Source of the DNA: an uncultured bacterium
Lineage (GTDB): Bacteria > Krumholzibacteriota > Krumholzibacteriia > LZORAL124-64-63
Direction of reading: 5' to 3'
Assembly (NCBI GenBank): GCA_963732385.1
Contig: CAVSZB010000004.1
Span: 128,001-192,000 of the forward strand
DNA length: 64,000 bases
The stretch's first letter is position 1; each line of letters starts with the position of its first letter. Under the pieces are notes generated by a model. That model was not told where the DNA came from. It was given only the letters and a program-made list of their open reading frames with translations, and ran no database searches. A program made the translations under genes and the position numbers. Positions 32,271 to 41,762 of the stretch are shown here, one piece after another.

Positions 32271-33688
32271 GGGCGTGTCTCCGGGCCGGTCGGTGGCGAC
32301 GCTCCGTCCGTCGCGGTCCACCGGCGCGGCCAGAGGCGCAGCGGAGCCGACTCGCGCACCGCGCGCATGGCAATCGGGATGCCGGTCGCGGCCAACAGCA
32401 GATTGGCGGCCCACATCGCCAGGAACGGGTCGCAGCGTCCGCGATCGGCGAGCTTTTCGCCCCCGATGAGGAATAGGTAGTAGACCAGGTAGATCCCCAT
32501 CGCTGCAGCCACCGAGACCCCGCGTCCGGAACGTGCGGAACCGAGCGAGAGGGGCAGTCCCCACAGCACGAAGACGAGGCAGGCAAAGGGGATGGCGAAC
32601 TTCTTGTGGTACTCGACCAGATACTTGTTCTCGATCTGCCGGCGGCTGTCGCGCAGGTCCGTCTGGACGCGCGCGGAGCCGGCCGCCAGCTCGACCTCCT
32701 GCTGCGCGGCCCGGAGGACAGCCATCCGGAAGCCTTCCGGAGCCGATTCGTGCGGCGTGGTTCCGCGGCCGAGCAGGAGGGTGCGTTCCTGCGGGTCGAG
32801 AAGCCCCCAGACGCGGCGGGTCAGCCGGGTGGCGAGGTCGGTCGTGTTCGCCAGGATCTCGCTCTGGCCGGCGTGCTCCGCGCGGGCGGCGGCCCGCAGG
32901 GCGGTGAGGTTCATCTCGCGGTCCCCTCGGGAGGTGCGGCCCGATGCTTCGAGATCGCGTTCGGTGTTGCGGACGTACAGGTTGTGCTGGACGAAACGGA
33001 CCACGTCGTAGCGGCCCGGATCGCCGTCGTCAGGCAGGCTGTGGATCTCGCCGTCGTGTAGTTCGAGTACCACGGCATCCTCCGCTGGGCGCGGCACGAG
33101 CAGTCCCCAGGTGGCGGTCGTCAGCCGGGGGCGCAGGTCGCCCGGCTGCGCCTTCTCCAGGATCCGCACCCCGCTCAGCCGGCCGGTGCGGTCGTCCTTC
33201 TCCTCGACCCAGATCGTGACCCGGTCATTCAACTCGGCGAACATCTGCGGACGGATCTCCAGCAGCGGCTTTTTCCGATTGATGTCGAACAACAGGTTGA
33301 CTAGCCTGTGGTTCGCTTCCGGCAGGATGTAGTGGTTATAGGCGGTCAGGCTCAGCGCAACCACGACGCCGCCGGCGAGCAGGGGGCGCAGCAGCGCGTC
33401 GAGGCCGATGCCGCTCGCTTTGAGCGCCACGATCTCATGGTCTGCCGCCAACTGCCCCACGCCCATGAGCACCCCGACCAGCACGGCCATTGGTATGGAT
33501 AATGCAAGTGTATATCCCAGGCTCAGGAACAGCACCTCCGTGGCCAGCAGAAAAGGCACCCCCTTGGTGACGAACATCTCCACGTAGCGATAGAGATCAT
33601 TGATGATGAGCACGAAGGTGATGACGAAGAAACCGAAGGCGAACGGTCCAGCCGTGGCCTTGAGCAAGTGTTTGTAGATCAGGTACAT
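32267..33688 (-). CDS. lptF: LPS export permease LptF
   Basis: LSIPMA.L.G.L...G.L.ADHEI.ALKASG; YHKKFAIPFACL; GEKLAD; overlaps the lptG start. Confidence 0.87.
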   Translation of the reverse strand: MYLIYKHLLKATAGPFAFGFFVITFVLIINDLYRYVEMFVTKGVPFLLATEVLFLSLGYTLALSIPMAVLVGVLMGVGQLAADHEIVALKASGIGLDALLRPLLAGGVVVALSLTAYNHYILPEANHRLVNLLFDINRKKPLLEIRPQMFAELNDRVTIWVEEKDDRTGRLSGVRILEKAQPGDLRPRLTTATWGLLVPRPAEDAVVLELHDGEIHSLPDDGDPGRYDVVRFVQHNLYVRNTERDLEASGRTSRGDREMNLTALRAAARAEHAGQSEILANTTDLATRLTRRVWGLLDPQERTLLLGRGTTPHESAPEGFRMAVLRAAQQEVELAAGSARVQTDLRDSRRQIENKYLVEYHKKFAIPFACLVFVLWGLPLSLGSARSGRGVSVAAAMGIYLVYYLFLIGGEKLADRGRCDPFLAMWAANLLLAATGIPIAMRAVRESAPLRLWPRRWTATDGASPPTGPETRP

Positions 33689-33995
33689 CGATCTCCCGTG
33701 CCCCGGCGCCATCCGGGCGTACTCCCGCGGTTCGTCCGCGCCCCCGGGTGGCCGCCGGAAGGGCGGTCCGGGGGGTGGGGGGCGGGATGATGTGCGTTCC
33801 GGTCCGCAGGGCCCCGGCCGTGGCGGGCGACCCGCCCTGGGGTCACGCTGACCCTTTTGGTGGACGCGGTCGCCCACGGCGACCCAACCGCCGGCGCGGC
33901 ACTGCCGCAGTGTAGCCCCCGGTTCGTTCCGGGACAACGCCGCAGAGACGCCGACGGCCCGGCCGGAGGCGAGAGTCCGCGAAGGAGCCCGGCCG

Positions 33996-36900
33996 TTGAG
34001 CGCCAGCGCCGTATTGTTGCGCCGACCCGCCCGCCGCCCTCGCCAGGCCTGGCGGCGGGGGACGCTGCCGCCGCCTGTCGCTCTCATCGTGGCCATTTTC
34101 CTGCTCTTGGGCGCCGGTTCTCTCCGGGCCGAGCCTGTCTACGACGGCCCCATCCTGCCCGGCTTCGATCCCCTTCTGGCCGCCACGAACGATCCGCGCC
34201 TGCTGGGCGCCGGGCGTCTGGAAGCCCGCCAGCGGCTGCTAGCCCAGGGCGTCGATCTGGCTCGCCTCGTCGAACATCCCACGCTCGAAAGCGTGCTGCG
34301 CGCGTACTACGACCGCGAGTGGCGGCGCCACCGGGAGCGGCTCGAGACCACGCGTGAGTCGGATCGCATCATCGGCGTGGAGACGACCTTCGAATACCCG
34401 GTCTGGTTCGTGTTGTTCCCGGCTTCCGAGCCGCTGCCGGACGGTTTCACCTGGTGGCCGCCGCGACCGGTCGACGCGGTGGAGGTCCGCGTCACGATCG
34501 AGCGTCCGGAGATCGCCGCGGAACGACGCGCCGACGCGGCCCGACGCGCGGCGTGGGCAGAGCGCCTCGACGTCCGCTCCGGCAAAGGGGGTCGAGGCGG
34601 GAGCGAGGGGCTGCTCAACCTGACCATCCCCATCAAGTTGCCGCACACGCTCGAAAAGATCATCGGCAAGGGCGAAAAAACCAACATCCGGGTGAGTGGG
34701 CGGGAACACATCGCGATCTCGGGCGAAAGCACGGTCATCAAGCCGTTCGTCGGCAACGAACGGCGCAGCAAGCCGAGCCTCTTCCCGAATCTCGACATGG
34801 AACAGCAACTCCAGATCAATCTCTCCGGCACGATCGGCGAGAAGATCATCATGGAAGTGGCCCACAACAGCGAGGTTATCGGCCCCGGCGGGACGACGAT
34901 CAAGCTCTCCTACCGTGGTACCGAGGACGAGGTCATCAAGACCATCGAGACCGGCGACGTCGGCCTGACCCTGCCAGGCAGTCAGCTGCTCGGTTACAGC
35001 TCGAACAAGTCGGGCCTGTTCGGCGTCAAGGTGACCGGGCAGATGGGGCGTGCCGATTTTGCTGTCGTGGTCAGCAAGCAGAAGTCGGAGAGCGCCTCCA
35101 AATCGTTCAACAGCAAGGGAGGCGAGGTCGCCGAGCACATCATCGAATGCCAGAACTACGTGAGCAACCGGTTCTTCTATCTCGACCTCCAGGCCGGATC
35201 CACCGCGTTCGACGGCGTGTTCGACCTCCCCGGGCGACCGGCGGGCTGGACCATCGATCCGCAGTCGGTCCACGTGTACCAGTTCGTGGCGAACGCGCCG
35301 CCGTCGGCGAGCGCGGTCGAGAATGTGGCCCTGTACCTGGATGGCACCGGACGCTGGGATCTCACGGCGGCGCCGTCCCCCTTTCTGGGGCAGCGCTTCA
35401 ACGAGGTGGAATGGGATCCTCTCAACGACCAGAACAACCGTATGATCGCCCTGGACCTGACGCACTCGTACGAAGATGGCGCCATCCTGGGCGTGATCTA
35501 CGACGTGGTGGACGCCGCCGGGACGCTCGTGTACGAGGTGGGTGACGACCCTGGGATCGACGAAGGCAATCGCGTGCCCCTCGGGCAGGAGGGGAAAGCG
35601 TACCTGCGCATGAAGTTGCTCAAGCCGGACTTATACACGGAGCAGAATTCACGCACCTGGTACTATGCGATGCGCAATATCTACCCGCTCGGCGGCACGA
35701 ACATCGATTCTGATTCGTTCGAGTTCGAAATCGAGTTGAACTCAGCCTCGCTCATTTCCCCCGAACTGGACACCGCCAACCAGAAATCGTGGATCCGGAT
35801 CTTCGGGCTGGATCGTCTCGACGAATCCAGCCAGCCGGGACACGACGAAGTCGCGGACAAGCAGGATCCCCTGCTGTTCGACCTGGAGAAAGGCCTGCTC
35901 AAGTTCCCCCGTAATATTACGCGGCCTTTCGCGATGTCCGACTCGACCGTGTACATCGAGAACGCCGGGGGTGCGGGCGAATTCGACTGGGAGAACTCGC
36001 TGCTGAGGATCAACCGCGTGCCGCAGATCTACGACTATAAGGAGCCGGCCAGCGAGCGTGGTCGCTACAACCGTTTCCGACTGGTCGCCCGTCATGCCGC
36101 GGCCAGCGGCACGATCGACCTGCGCGACTCCAACATCGAGGAGGACTCGGAGACGGTCATTCTCGACGGGCAGACCCTGACCAAGGGTTCGGATTACGAC
36201 ATCGACTATACCTTCGGCCAGGTCACCCTCAAGGGGGATGCCGCCGCCCGCCTGAGCGCGGACTCGCAGATCAGCGTGAACTACCAATACGCGCCGTTCA
36301 TGGGGGGCGGCAACAGCAACCTGCTCGGCTTCAACCTGGGGTTCGAACTCGGCCGTCAGAGCCATCTGTCCACTACCTGGCTCTATGAATCGAGCCAGAT
36401 CGCAGGGCACAAGGCGAAGCTCGGCGAGGAGCCGAGCCGGACCCTCGTGGGGAACCTCAACCTGACGCACACGCTCAGACCGACGTTCCTCACGAGCGCG
36501 GCCAATTTCCTCTCCCGCCGGGACTCCGACAAGGAGAGCAGTCTCCAGCTCAGCGGGGAGATCGCCGGCAGCGTGCCCAATCCCAACACCCAGGGCGATG
36601 TGTTTCTGGAGGATTTCGAAGGCATTGATGCATCGGACCTCATGTCGGTCAGTCGCCTTTCCTGGATGTGGGGCAGTGCGCCGGCGCAGGGGCGCGACCC
36701 GGAATACGTAAACGCCGTCAACGATGCGCGCGACTTCACGCCACAGGACCGCGTGGACGTGCGCTGGTTCCTGCCCAAGGACACCGTGCAGCGCCGCTTC
36801 CTCAACCCCGATCTGCGCGAGGCCGAGGGCAAGGAGCCTCAGCAGGTGCTGCAGGTCCGGATGGACGCCGGAGGCGCCGGCTGGGGGAATTCGTCCTGGG

Positions 36901-39900
36901 GCGGCATCATGCGCGGCCTCGGCCGCAGCGGCATTGATCTCTCGAAGGCGCAGTTTCTCGAATTCTGGGTGAACGACTTCCGTCCGCAGCAGGCGGTCCG
37001 TCGCGGCAAACTGCACATCGACTTCGGCTATATCGACGAGGACTTCTTCTGGCCCGTGCGCAACGGCGCTCTGCTCACGGACACCTGGGAACGCGAGGAC
37101 GCCAACGCTGATGGTATCTTCACGGCAGCAACTGAGGATATGGGCTTCGACCGGGAATTGAACGGACCGGGCGTCCCCGACTACTACGATCCCGCGTTCA
37201 ACGATTACAGCAACCCCTATCCGTTCATCAATGGGACCGAGCGCAACCTGCGCGAGGATACCGAGGATCTCGATGGCGATACCCAGCTGGATCGTCTGAA
37301 CGGCTACAACAGCATCACCGTCGATCTCGCCGACTCCGCCCTGGTGGATGTGCTGCGCGATTATGCCCCGGACCAGGTGGCGGGGCTCGAGGCCGCGGGG
37401 CAGGCCTGGCGCAAATTCCGCATCCGGCTCAACGATGCCCGCACGGTGTCGCCGCCGAACGGAACCTCGCCCCAGATCCGGCAGGTGACGCACGTGCGCT
37501 TCTGGTACGAGGACGGCGACGTCGGTGCGCCGGCCCAGACGCAGATCCAGCTGTCCGAGATCAAGTTCCTGGGCAGTCGTTGGGAGCGCGAGGGGCTGCG
37601 CAAGAACGTTTCGGAGCAGCTGCTGGCGCCGGCCGAGCGGGGGCCGCGCGAGGCCTTCTTCCTGGGCGAGGTAAACAACAAGGAGAACCCCGACTACTAT
37701 TCGCCCTTCAATGTGCACGAGGAGAATCGCATCCAGGAGAAGGAATCGTCGCTGGTGTTCGACTTTGCCGAGCTCGAGCGCGACCACCTGGCGCGCGCCA
37801 GCCGCTATGTCTCGCCGCGCGGCGACGACTACACCCTGTACAGAAACATCTCCTGGTACTGGTTCAACCCGCGCGCCGACCTGAGCGACGTGGACCTGTT
37901 CTTCCGCGTCGGCTCCGACTCGCTCAACTACTACGAGGTACGATGGCGGTTCGACGAGAGCCCCGGCGCGCGCACCGGCTGGAAGGAGATCAGCCTGGGA
38001 CTGGCGGAGTTGAGCAACGCCAAGCTCGATCCGGTGGACACCGAATACGGCTGGATCGCGACCACCGTGCCGGACCAGGTGACGGGTCAGCCCTACCGGG
38101 TGCGCGTGGTGGGCAGGCCAGATCTGCGCCGCGTGAAGCGCTACTACTTCGGGGTCGTCAACGATCGGCGGGACCTGCCGGTCAGCGGTTATTTCTATTT
38201 CAACGACGTGCGGCTCGAGGCGGTGAAACGAGAGAAGGGCCTGGCCGAACGGGTGGCGGCGCGCCTGAACATGGCGGACGTCATCAAGGTGGACTTCGAC
38301 TGGTCCAAGCGCGACGCGGATTTCCACGGTCTCGGCACAACTCGCGGCCAGGGCTTCCAGAACCAGGATTGGAGTCTCACGGCCAGCCTCAGGGCGGACG
38401 ATTTCGTGCCGCTGCTGGGATTCCAGGTCCCGATCAACCTCTCGCGACGCCAGGGCATCAGTCGTCCAAAGTACCTGACGAACGACGACGTCGAACTGAT
38501 CGACGAGGATATCCGCAACGCGCAGTCCGGGGTCGATACGCGCGAAAGCTATAGTGTCAGCGTGGCTCGCCAGCCATCGCGCGCCGCAGTGCCGCGCTAC
38601 CTGATTGACCCGTGGCGGTTCTCGCTCAGCGGCGCACGATCGAGCCGTCTCGGGCCGACGGACCGTCAGTGGCAGAGCAATTCACAGGCGACCGTCATCT
38701 ACGATCTGCGCGTCCTCGGCAACTACCGGTTGGGGGACTACCTCTTCTTCGGCGCTGTGCCGCTGCTCAGCGATCTGGCGTTGGCGCCGCGCAAGATCAC
38801 CCTTGGCGGTTCGGTCGGCAGTTCGCGGCAGACGAGCGAGTCGATCGCCCTGAACGGTCTGGTGACGACGCGGCCGATGCAGTACGCGCGGCGGGGCAAC
38901 TTCAACGCCGCGGTGGAGTACGCACCGCTGCGGCTCGCGCAAATCAGCCTGAATCTGAAATCCGATCGCGATTTCCTGCGCCCGCAAACGGGCGCCTTCG
39001 GACTGAATGTCGGGCGGGAGTTGTACTACACGCAGGGTGTCCAGGTGCGGTTCAGCCCTCCCAATGCAGAGCGGTTGCCCGACACCTGGCTGTTGGCGCC
39101 GTTGCGTTACGGGGTGAGCGCCCTGAATTCCATGCGTCCTTCCGTGACCTTCAACGGCCAGTTTGCCGCCAACCGCGATCCGAGTCAGCGCCAGGCGGGC
39201 GATCCGGAGAATGTCCGCTCGGTGTCCAACAGTGGCGACTGGGATGTCCGCCTGAGCCTGCCGATCGACACCTTCATCAAAAGGCGCTTCCCCAATCGTC
39301 GCTCGGTTTCGGACGACCAGCGGCGCCAGACTATCGAGCGTCAGCGCCGTCTGGGGCGGCGGGGCGGCGGCACCGCCGGCGGGGAGGAGTCGCCGGGCGA
39401 CGGGGGGATGCCGCCCGGTCCGACACCGTCGGGAGGCGACGCGTCCCCGGATTCCCTGCAGGCGCCCGGGTCGGGCGGGTCGGACGCGAGCGAACCGGAG
39501 TCAGTCGCCACCTCGCCGTCGGAAGAGGAACTGCTCACCCCCGAGGATCGGCAGCGCCGTGAAGATGAGGCCCTGCTCGAACAGGCGCGCGAATTGGAGG
39601 AACGCGAACGCGCCGAGAGCGCCAGGCGCGCGTCGCCCGACACGTCCTCTGCGCCGGCGGAGAGGGGGGGAGGCCGCCGCTGGCTGCGGGTGCCTGATCC
39701 GCGCCAGGCAGCGATCCACCTCCTGCGCGGCCTGAGTCCCGTGCAGGCGTCCTACAGCCTGCGCAAGCAGAGCCAGTACAGCCGCCTCGCCGGGGCCGAC
39801 GAATTCTGGTATCGCACCGGGCTCTCGTCGCGGCTCGAGCAGCCCGACACCGCATACGTGTCGGCCCAGTTCAGCGAGCGCCGTACGAAATCGCTTTCGA

Positions 39901-40616
39901 GCAGCCTCAAACTCGCGCGCAGCGTAACCGCCGACGTGAAGTTCAGTCAGACCATCAGCAACCAGGACGGGGGCGGTCTGCGGCGCGATAATTACGAGGT
40001 CATCTGGCCTGATCTGCGACTGGCGATTGCCGGCGTGGAGCGGTGGCGGGTGTTCGGGGGGGGGGGCGGCGACGGCTGGTTCCGTTCCTCGAACATCGAC
40101 GTGGGCTACAAGTTCGCCAAGAACGTGAACGGGGCGACGTCCACGACCTACAACCCGAGGATGTCAACGTCGATCACGCCGCGCTGGAATTTCACCTTCG
40201 CCAGCGGAATGAGCGCTTCTCTGAACGGGGGCCTGACGCACGATCGGACCATCACCAACGGCACGATCGTCGATGCGCGGCGCCTGAACGTGGGGTTGCA
40301 GGTGCGTCACAGCTTCCGCGCCGAGAAGCTGCTGGCGAAGGTGAACCTGTACCGGCCGGGAAACACCCCGACCATCAATTTGGACTTCGGCGTGAACTAC
40401 AGTCGCGACACCAGCGAGCGTCTCGTGCCGGGCGCCACTGTCGCCGACGCGCGCACCGGGAATTCGCGGCTCGGGATCAATCCGCGGTTCAGCTACCAGG
40501 TGACCCGGAATCTCTCGGGCGCGCTGCGGTTCGTGTTTTCGCGGAACAAGGTGGATGCGACCAACACCAGCACCATTACCTTCGGTCTCGGTCTGGAGGC
40601 GACATTTGTCTTCTAA
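33996..40616 (+). CDS. sprA: SprA/Sov-family giant outer-membrane beta-barrel (T9SS translocon homolog), 2206 aa
   Basis: Signal peptide; SprA-like motifs QINLSGTIGEKI, IKLSY.G.EDEVIK.IE.G.V...LPGSQL, GLFGVK, DY.IDY..G, FLEDFEG, WGGIMR, EFWV.D, DTEDLDG; beta-strand C-terminus ending in Phe. Start uncertain by a few codons. Confidence 0.88.
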   Translation: MSASAVLLRRPARRPRQAWRRGTLPPPVALIVAIFLLLGAGSLRAEPVYDGPILPGFDPLLAATNDPRLLGAGRLEARQRLLAQGVDLARLVEHPTLESVLRAYYDREWRRHRERLETTRESDRIIGVETTFEYPVWFVLFPASEPLPDGFTWWPPRPVDAVEVRVTIERPEIAAERRADAARRAAWAERLDVRSGKGGRGGSEGLLNLTIPIKLPHTLEKIIGKGEKTNIRVSGREHIAISGESTVIKPFVGNERRSKPSLFPNLDMEQQLQINLSGTIGEKIIMEVAHNSEVIGPGGTTIKLSYRGTEDEVIKTIETGDVGLTLPGSQLLGYSSNKSGLFGVKVTGQMGRADFAVVVSKQKSESASKSFNSKGGEVAEHIIECQNYVSNRFFYLDLQAGSTAFDGVFDLPGRPAGWTIDPQSVHVYQFVANAPPSASAVENVALYLDGTGRWDLTAAPSPFLGQRFNEVEWDPLNDQNNRMIALDLTHSYEDGAILGVIYDVVDAAGTLVYEVGDDPGIDEGNRVPLGQEGKAYLRMKLLKPDLYTEQNSRTWYYAMRNIYPLGGTNIDSDSFEFEIELNSASLISPELDTANQKSWIRIFGLDRLDESSQPGHDEVADKQDPLLFDLEKGLLKFPRNITRPFAMSDSTVYIENAGGAGEFDWENSLLRINRVPQIYDYKEPASERGRYNRFRLVARHAAASGTIDLRDSNIEEDSETVILDGQTLTKGSDYDIDYTFGQVTLKGDAAARLSADSQISVNYQYAPFMGGGNSNLLGFNLGFELGRQSHLSTTWLYESSQIAGHKAKLGEEPSRTLVGNLNLTHTLRPTFLTSAANFLSRRDSDKESSLQLSGEIAGSVPNPNTQGDVFLEDFEGIDASDLMSVSRLSWMWGSAPAQGRDPEYVNAVNDARDFTPQDRVDVRWFLPKDTVQRRFLNPDLREAEGKEPQQVLQVRMDAGGAGWGNSSWGGIMRGLGRSGIDLSKAQFLEFWVNDFRPQQAVRRGKLHIDFGYIDEDFFWPVRNGALLTDTWEREDANADGIFTAATEDMGFDRELNGPGVPDYYDPAFNDYSNPYPFINGTERNLREDTEDLDGDTQLDRLNGYNSITVDLADSALVDVLRDYAPDQVAGLEAAGQAWRKFRIRLNDARTVSPPNGTSPQIRQVTHVRFWYEDGDVGAPAQTQIQLSEIKFLGSRWEREGLRKNVSEQLLAPAERGPREAFFLGEVNNKENPDYYSPFNVHEENRIQEKESSLVFDFAELERDHLARASRYVSPRGDDYTLYRNISWYWFNPRADLSDVDLFFRVGSDSLNYYEVRWRFDESPGARTGWKEISLGLAELSNAKLDPVDTEYGWIATTVPDQVTGQPYRVRVVGRPDLRRVKRYYFGVVNDRRDLPVSGYFYFNDVRLEAVKREKGLAERVAARLNMADVIKVDFDWSKRDADFHGLGTTRGQGFQNQDWSLTASLRADDFVPLLGFQVPINLSRRQGISRPKYLTNDDVELIDEDIRNAQSGVDTRESYSVSVARQPSRAAVPRYLIDPWRFSLSGARSSRLGPTDRQWQSNSQATVIYDLRVLGNYRLGDYLFFGAVPLLSDLALAPRKITLGGSVGSSRQTSESIALNGLVTTRPMQYARRGNFNAAVEYAPLRLAQISLNLKSDRDFLRPQTGAFGLNVGRELYYTQGVQVRFSPPNAERLPDTWLLAPLRYGVSALNSMRPSVTFNGQFAANRDPSQRQAGDPENVRSVSNSGDWDVRLSLPIDTFIKRRFPNRRSVSDDQRRQTIERQRRLGRRGGGTAGGEESPGDGGMPPGPTPSGGDASPDSLQAPGSGGSDASEPESVATSPSEEELLTPEDRQRREDEALLEQARELEERERAESARRASPDTSSAPAERGGGRRWLRVPDPRQAAIHLLRGLSPVQASYSLRKQSQYSRLAGADEFWYRTGLSSRLEQPDTAYVSAQFSERRTKSLSSSLKLARSVTADVKFSQTISNQDGGGLRRDNYEVIWPDLRLAIAGVERWRVFGGGGGDGWFRSSNIDVGYKFAKNVNGATSTTYNPRMSTSITPRWNFTFASGMSASLNGGLTHDRTITNGTIVDARRLNVGLQVRHSFRAEKLLAKVNLYRPGNTPTINLDFGVNYSRDTSERLVPGATVADARTGNSRLGINPRFSYQVTRNLSGALRFVFSRNKVDATNTSTITFGLGLEATFVF

Positions 40617-40659
40617 GGTTATTTCGGTCGGTGGTGTCGCCACGCCGCGGGGGACCGCA

Positions 40660-41595
40660 GTGGTGGCGGTGCTGCTGCTGCTGGTGCTCGCTCCGCTCGC
40701 CCCCGGCGCGCGCGCCGTGCCGCCCGCGCCCGTACCGGTCCCCGCCTTCTCGGGCGCCCGCGCCATGTCCTGGCTGCGCGTCCAGTGCGCTTTCGGGCCG
40801 CGTCATCCCGGATCGCCGGGGCAGCATCGTCTGCGGCGCCTGATCAGCGCCCACGCCGACTCGCTCGGGCTGCCCTGCGCGCCGGTCTGTTTCACGCTGG
40901 ACGATCCCTACGGCGACGGTCGGCTCGAAGTCTGTAATTATGTGGTCTCGGCGGGGCCGTCGGGAGGGCAGCGGCTCTGGATCGCCGCGCATTACGACAC
41001 CCGCCCCCGCAGCGACCGCGACCCCGACCCGCGGCTGGCCGCCCTCCCCCTGATCGGCGCGAACGACGGTGCGAGCGGCGTGGCCGTCCTGCTGCACCTG
41101 GCGGAACTGCTGGCGGCGCACCCCCCGGCGCGCGGTGTGGATCTCCTCTTTCTCGACGCGGAGGACTATGGACGGGAGGGGGATCCGGCCAATTACTGCC
41201 TCGGTGCGACCCGTCTGGCGGCGCACTGGCGCGACTTCGGCAGCCCTCTGGCCGGCGGCAGTCCTGAGGGGCTCGTACTGCTCGACATGGTCGGAAAACG
41301 GGATCTGGCCATCCCCATGGAAGGGTATTCGCTGCGTCTGGCCGGTGCGTGGACGCGAACTGTCTTCGACCGGGCCGCAGAACTCGGGCTGGACGCCTGC
41401 GTGCCCGCGGAGGGGCCCTCGGTCTGGGACGACCATGTGCCGTTCCTGCGGGCAGGGATACCGGCTGTCGATCTGATCGATTTCGACTATCCGCAGTGGC
41501 ATACCTCGCGGGATACGCCGGAGATGTGTGACCCGGCCAGCCTGGAGCAGGTCGGCCGCCTGGTGACCGATCTCTGCTACCGGCCGGGGCCCTGA
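40660..41595 (+). CDS. M28-family Zn enzyme, glutaminyl cyclase-like
   Basis: Signal peptide; AHYDTRP..DRDPD, GANDGASGV, DAEDYG, LLDMVG, DDHVPF, IDFDYP.WHT..D. Confidence 0.82.
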   Translation: MVAVLLLLVLAPLAPGARAVPPAPVPVPAFSGARAMSWLRVQCAFGPRHPGSPGQHRLRRLISAHADSLGLPCAPVCFTLDDPYGDGRLEVCNYVVSAGPSGGQRLWIAAHYDTRPRSDRDPDPRLAALPLIGANDGASGVAVLLHLAELLAAHPPARGVDLLFLDAEDYGREGDPANYCLGATRLAAHWRDFGSPLAGGSPEGLVLLDMVGKRDLAIPMEGYSLRLAGAWTRTVFDRAAELGLDACVPAEGPSVWDDHVPFLRAGIPAVDLIDFDYPQWHTSRDTPEMCDPASLEQVGRLVTDLCYRPGP

Positions 41596-41632
41596 TTCCG
41601 CGCTCCCCGGTCCGCCCGGAGGCCGATTTCGC

Positions 41633-41661
41633 TTGCCAAGGCTGGCCGACTGGCATATATT
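41633..41661 (+). promoter_or_regulatory. Putative sigma70 promoter of the rimP-nusA-infB operon
   Basis: TTGCCA-17 bp-TATATT. Confidence 0.55.
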
Positions 41662-41693
41662 GGCCCCGGTCGGTGCACCTCGGGGGGGGCTCG

Positions 41694-41719
41694 GAAGTGG
41701 GCGTAAGTCCACTTCTTTT
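41694..41719 (+). promoter_or_regulatory. rimP leader attenuator hairpin
   Basis: GAAGTGGGC-GTAA-GTCCACTTC-TTTT terminator-like hairpin in the 5' UTR, matching the widespread rimP-leader form. Confidence 0.7.
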
Positions 41720-41762
41720 CTTGTCGGGACCGCCCTCCTCCGGACGGTGTGCCGTGGGAAGG

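Noticed and set aside
41651..41665. TGGCATATATTGGC as a sigma54 site before rimP
   Set aside because: GG-to-GC spacing is 9 rather than 10; better explained as the sigma70 -10 region.
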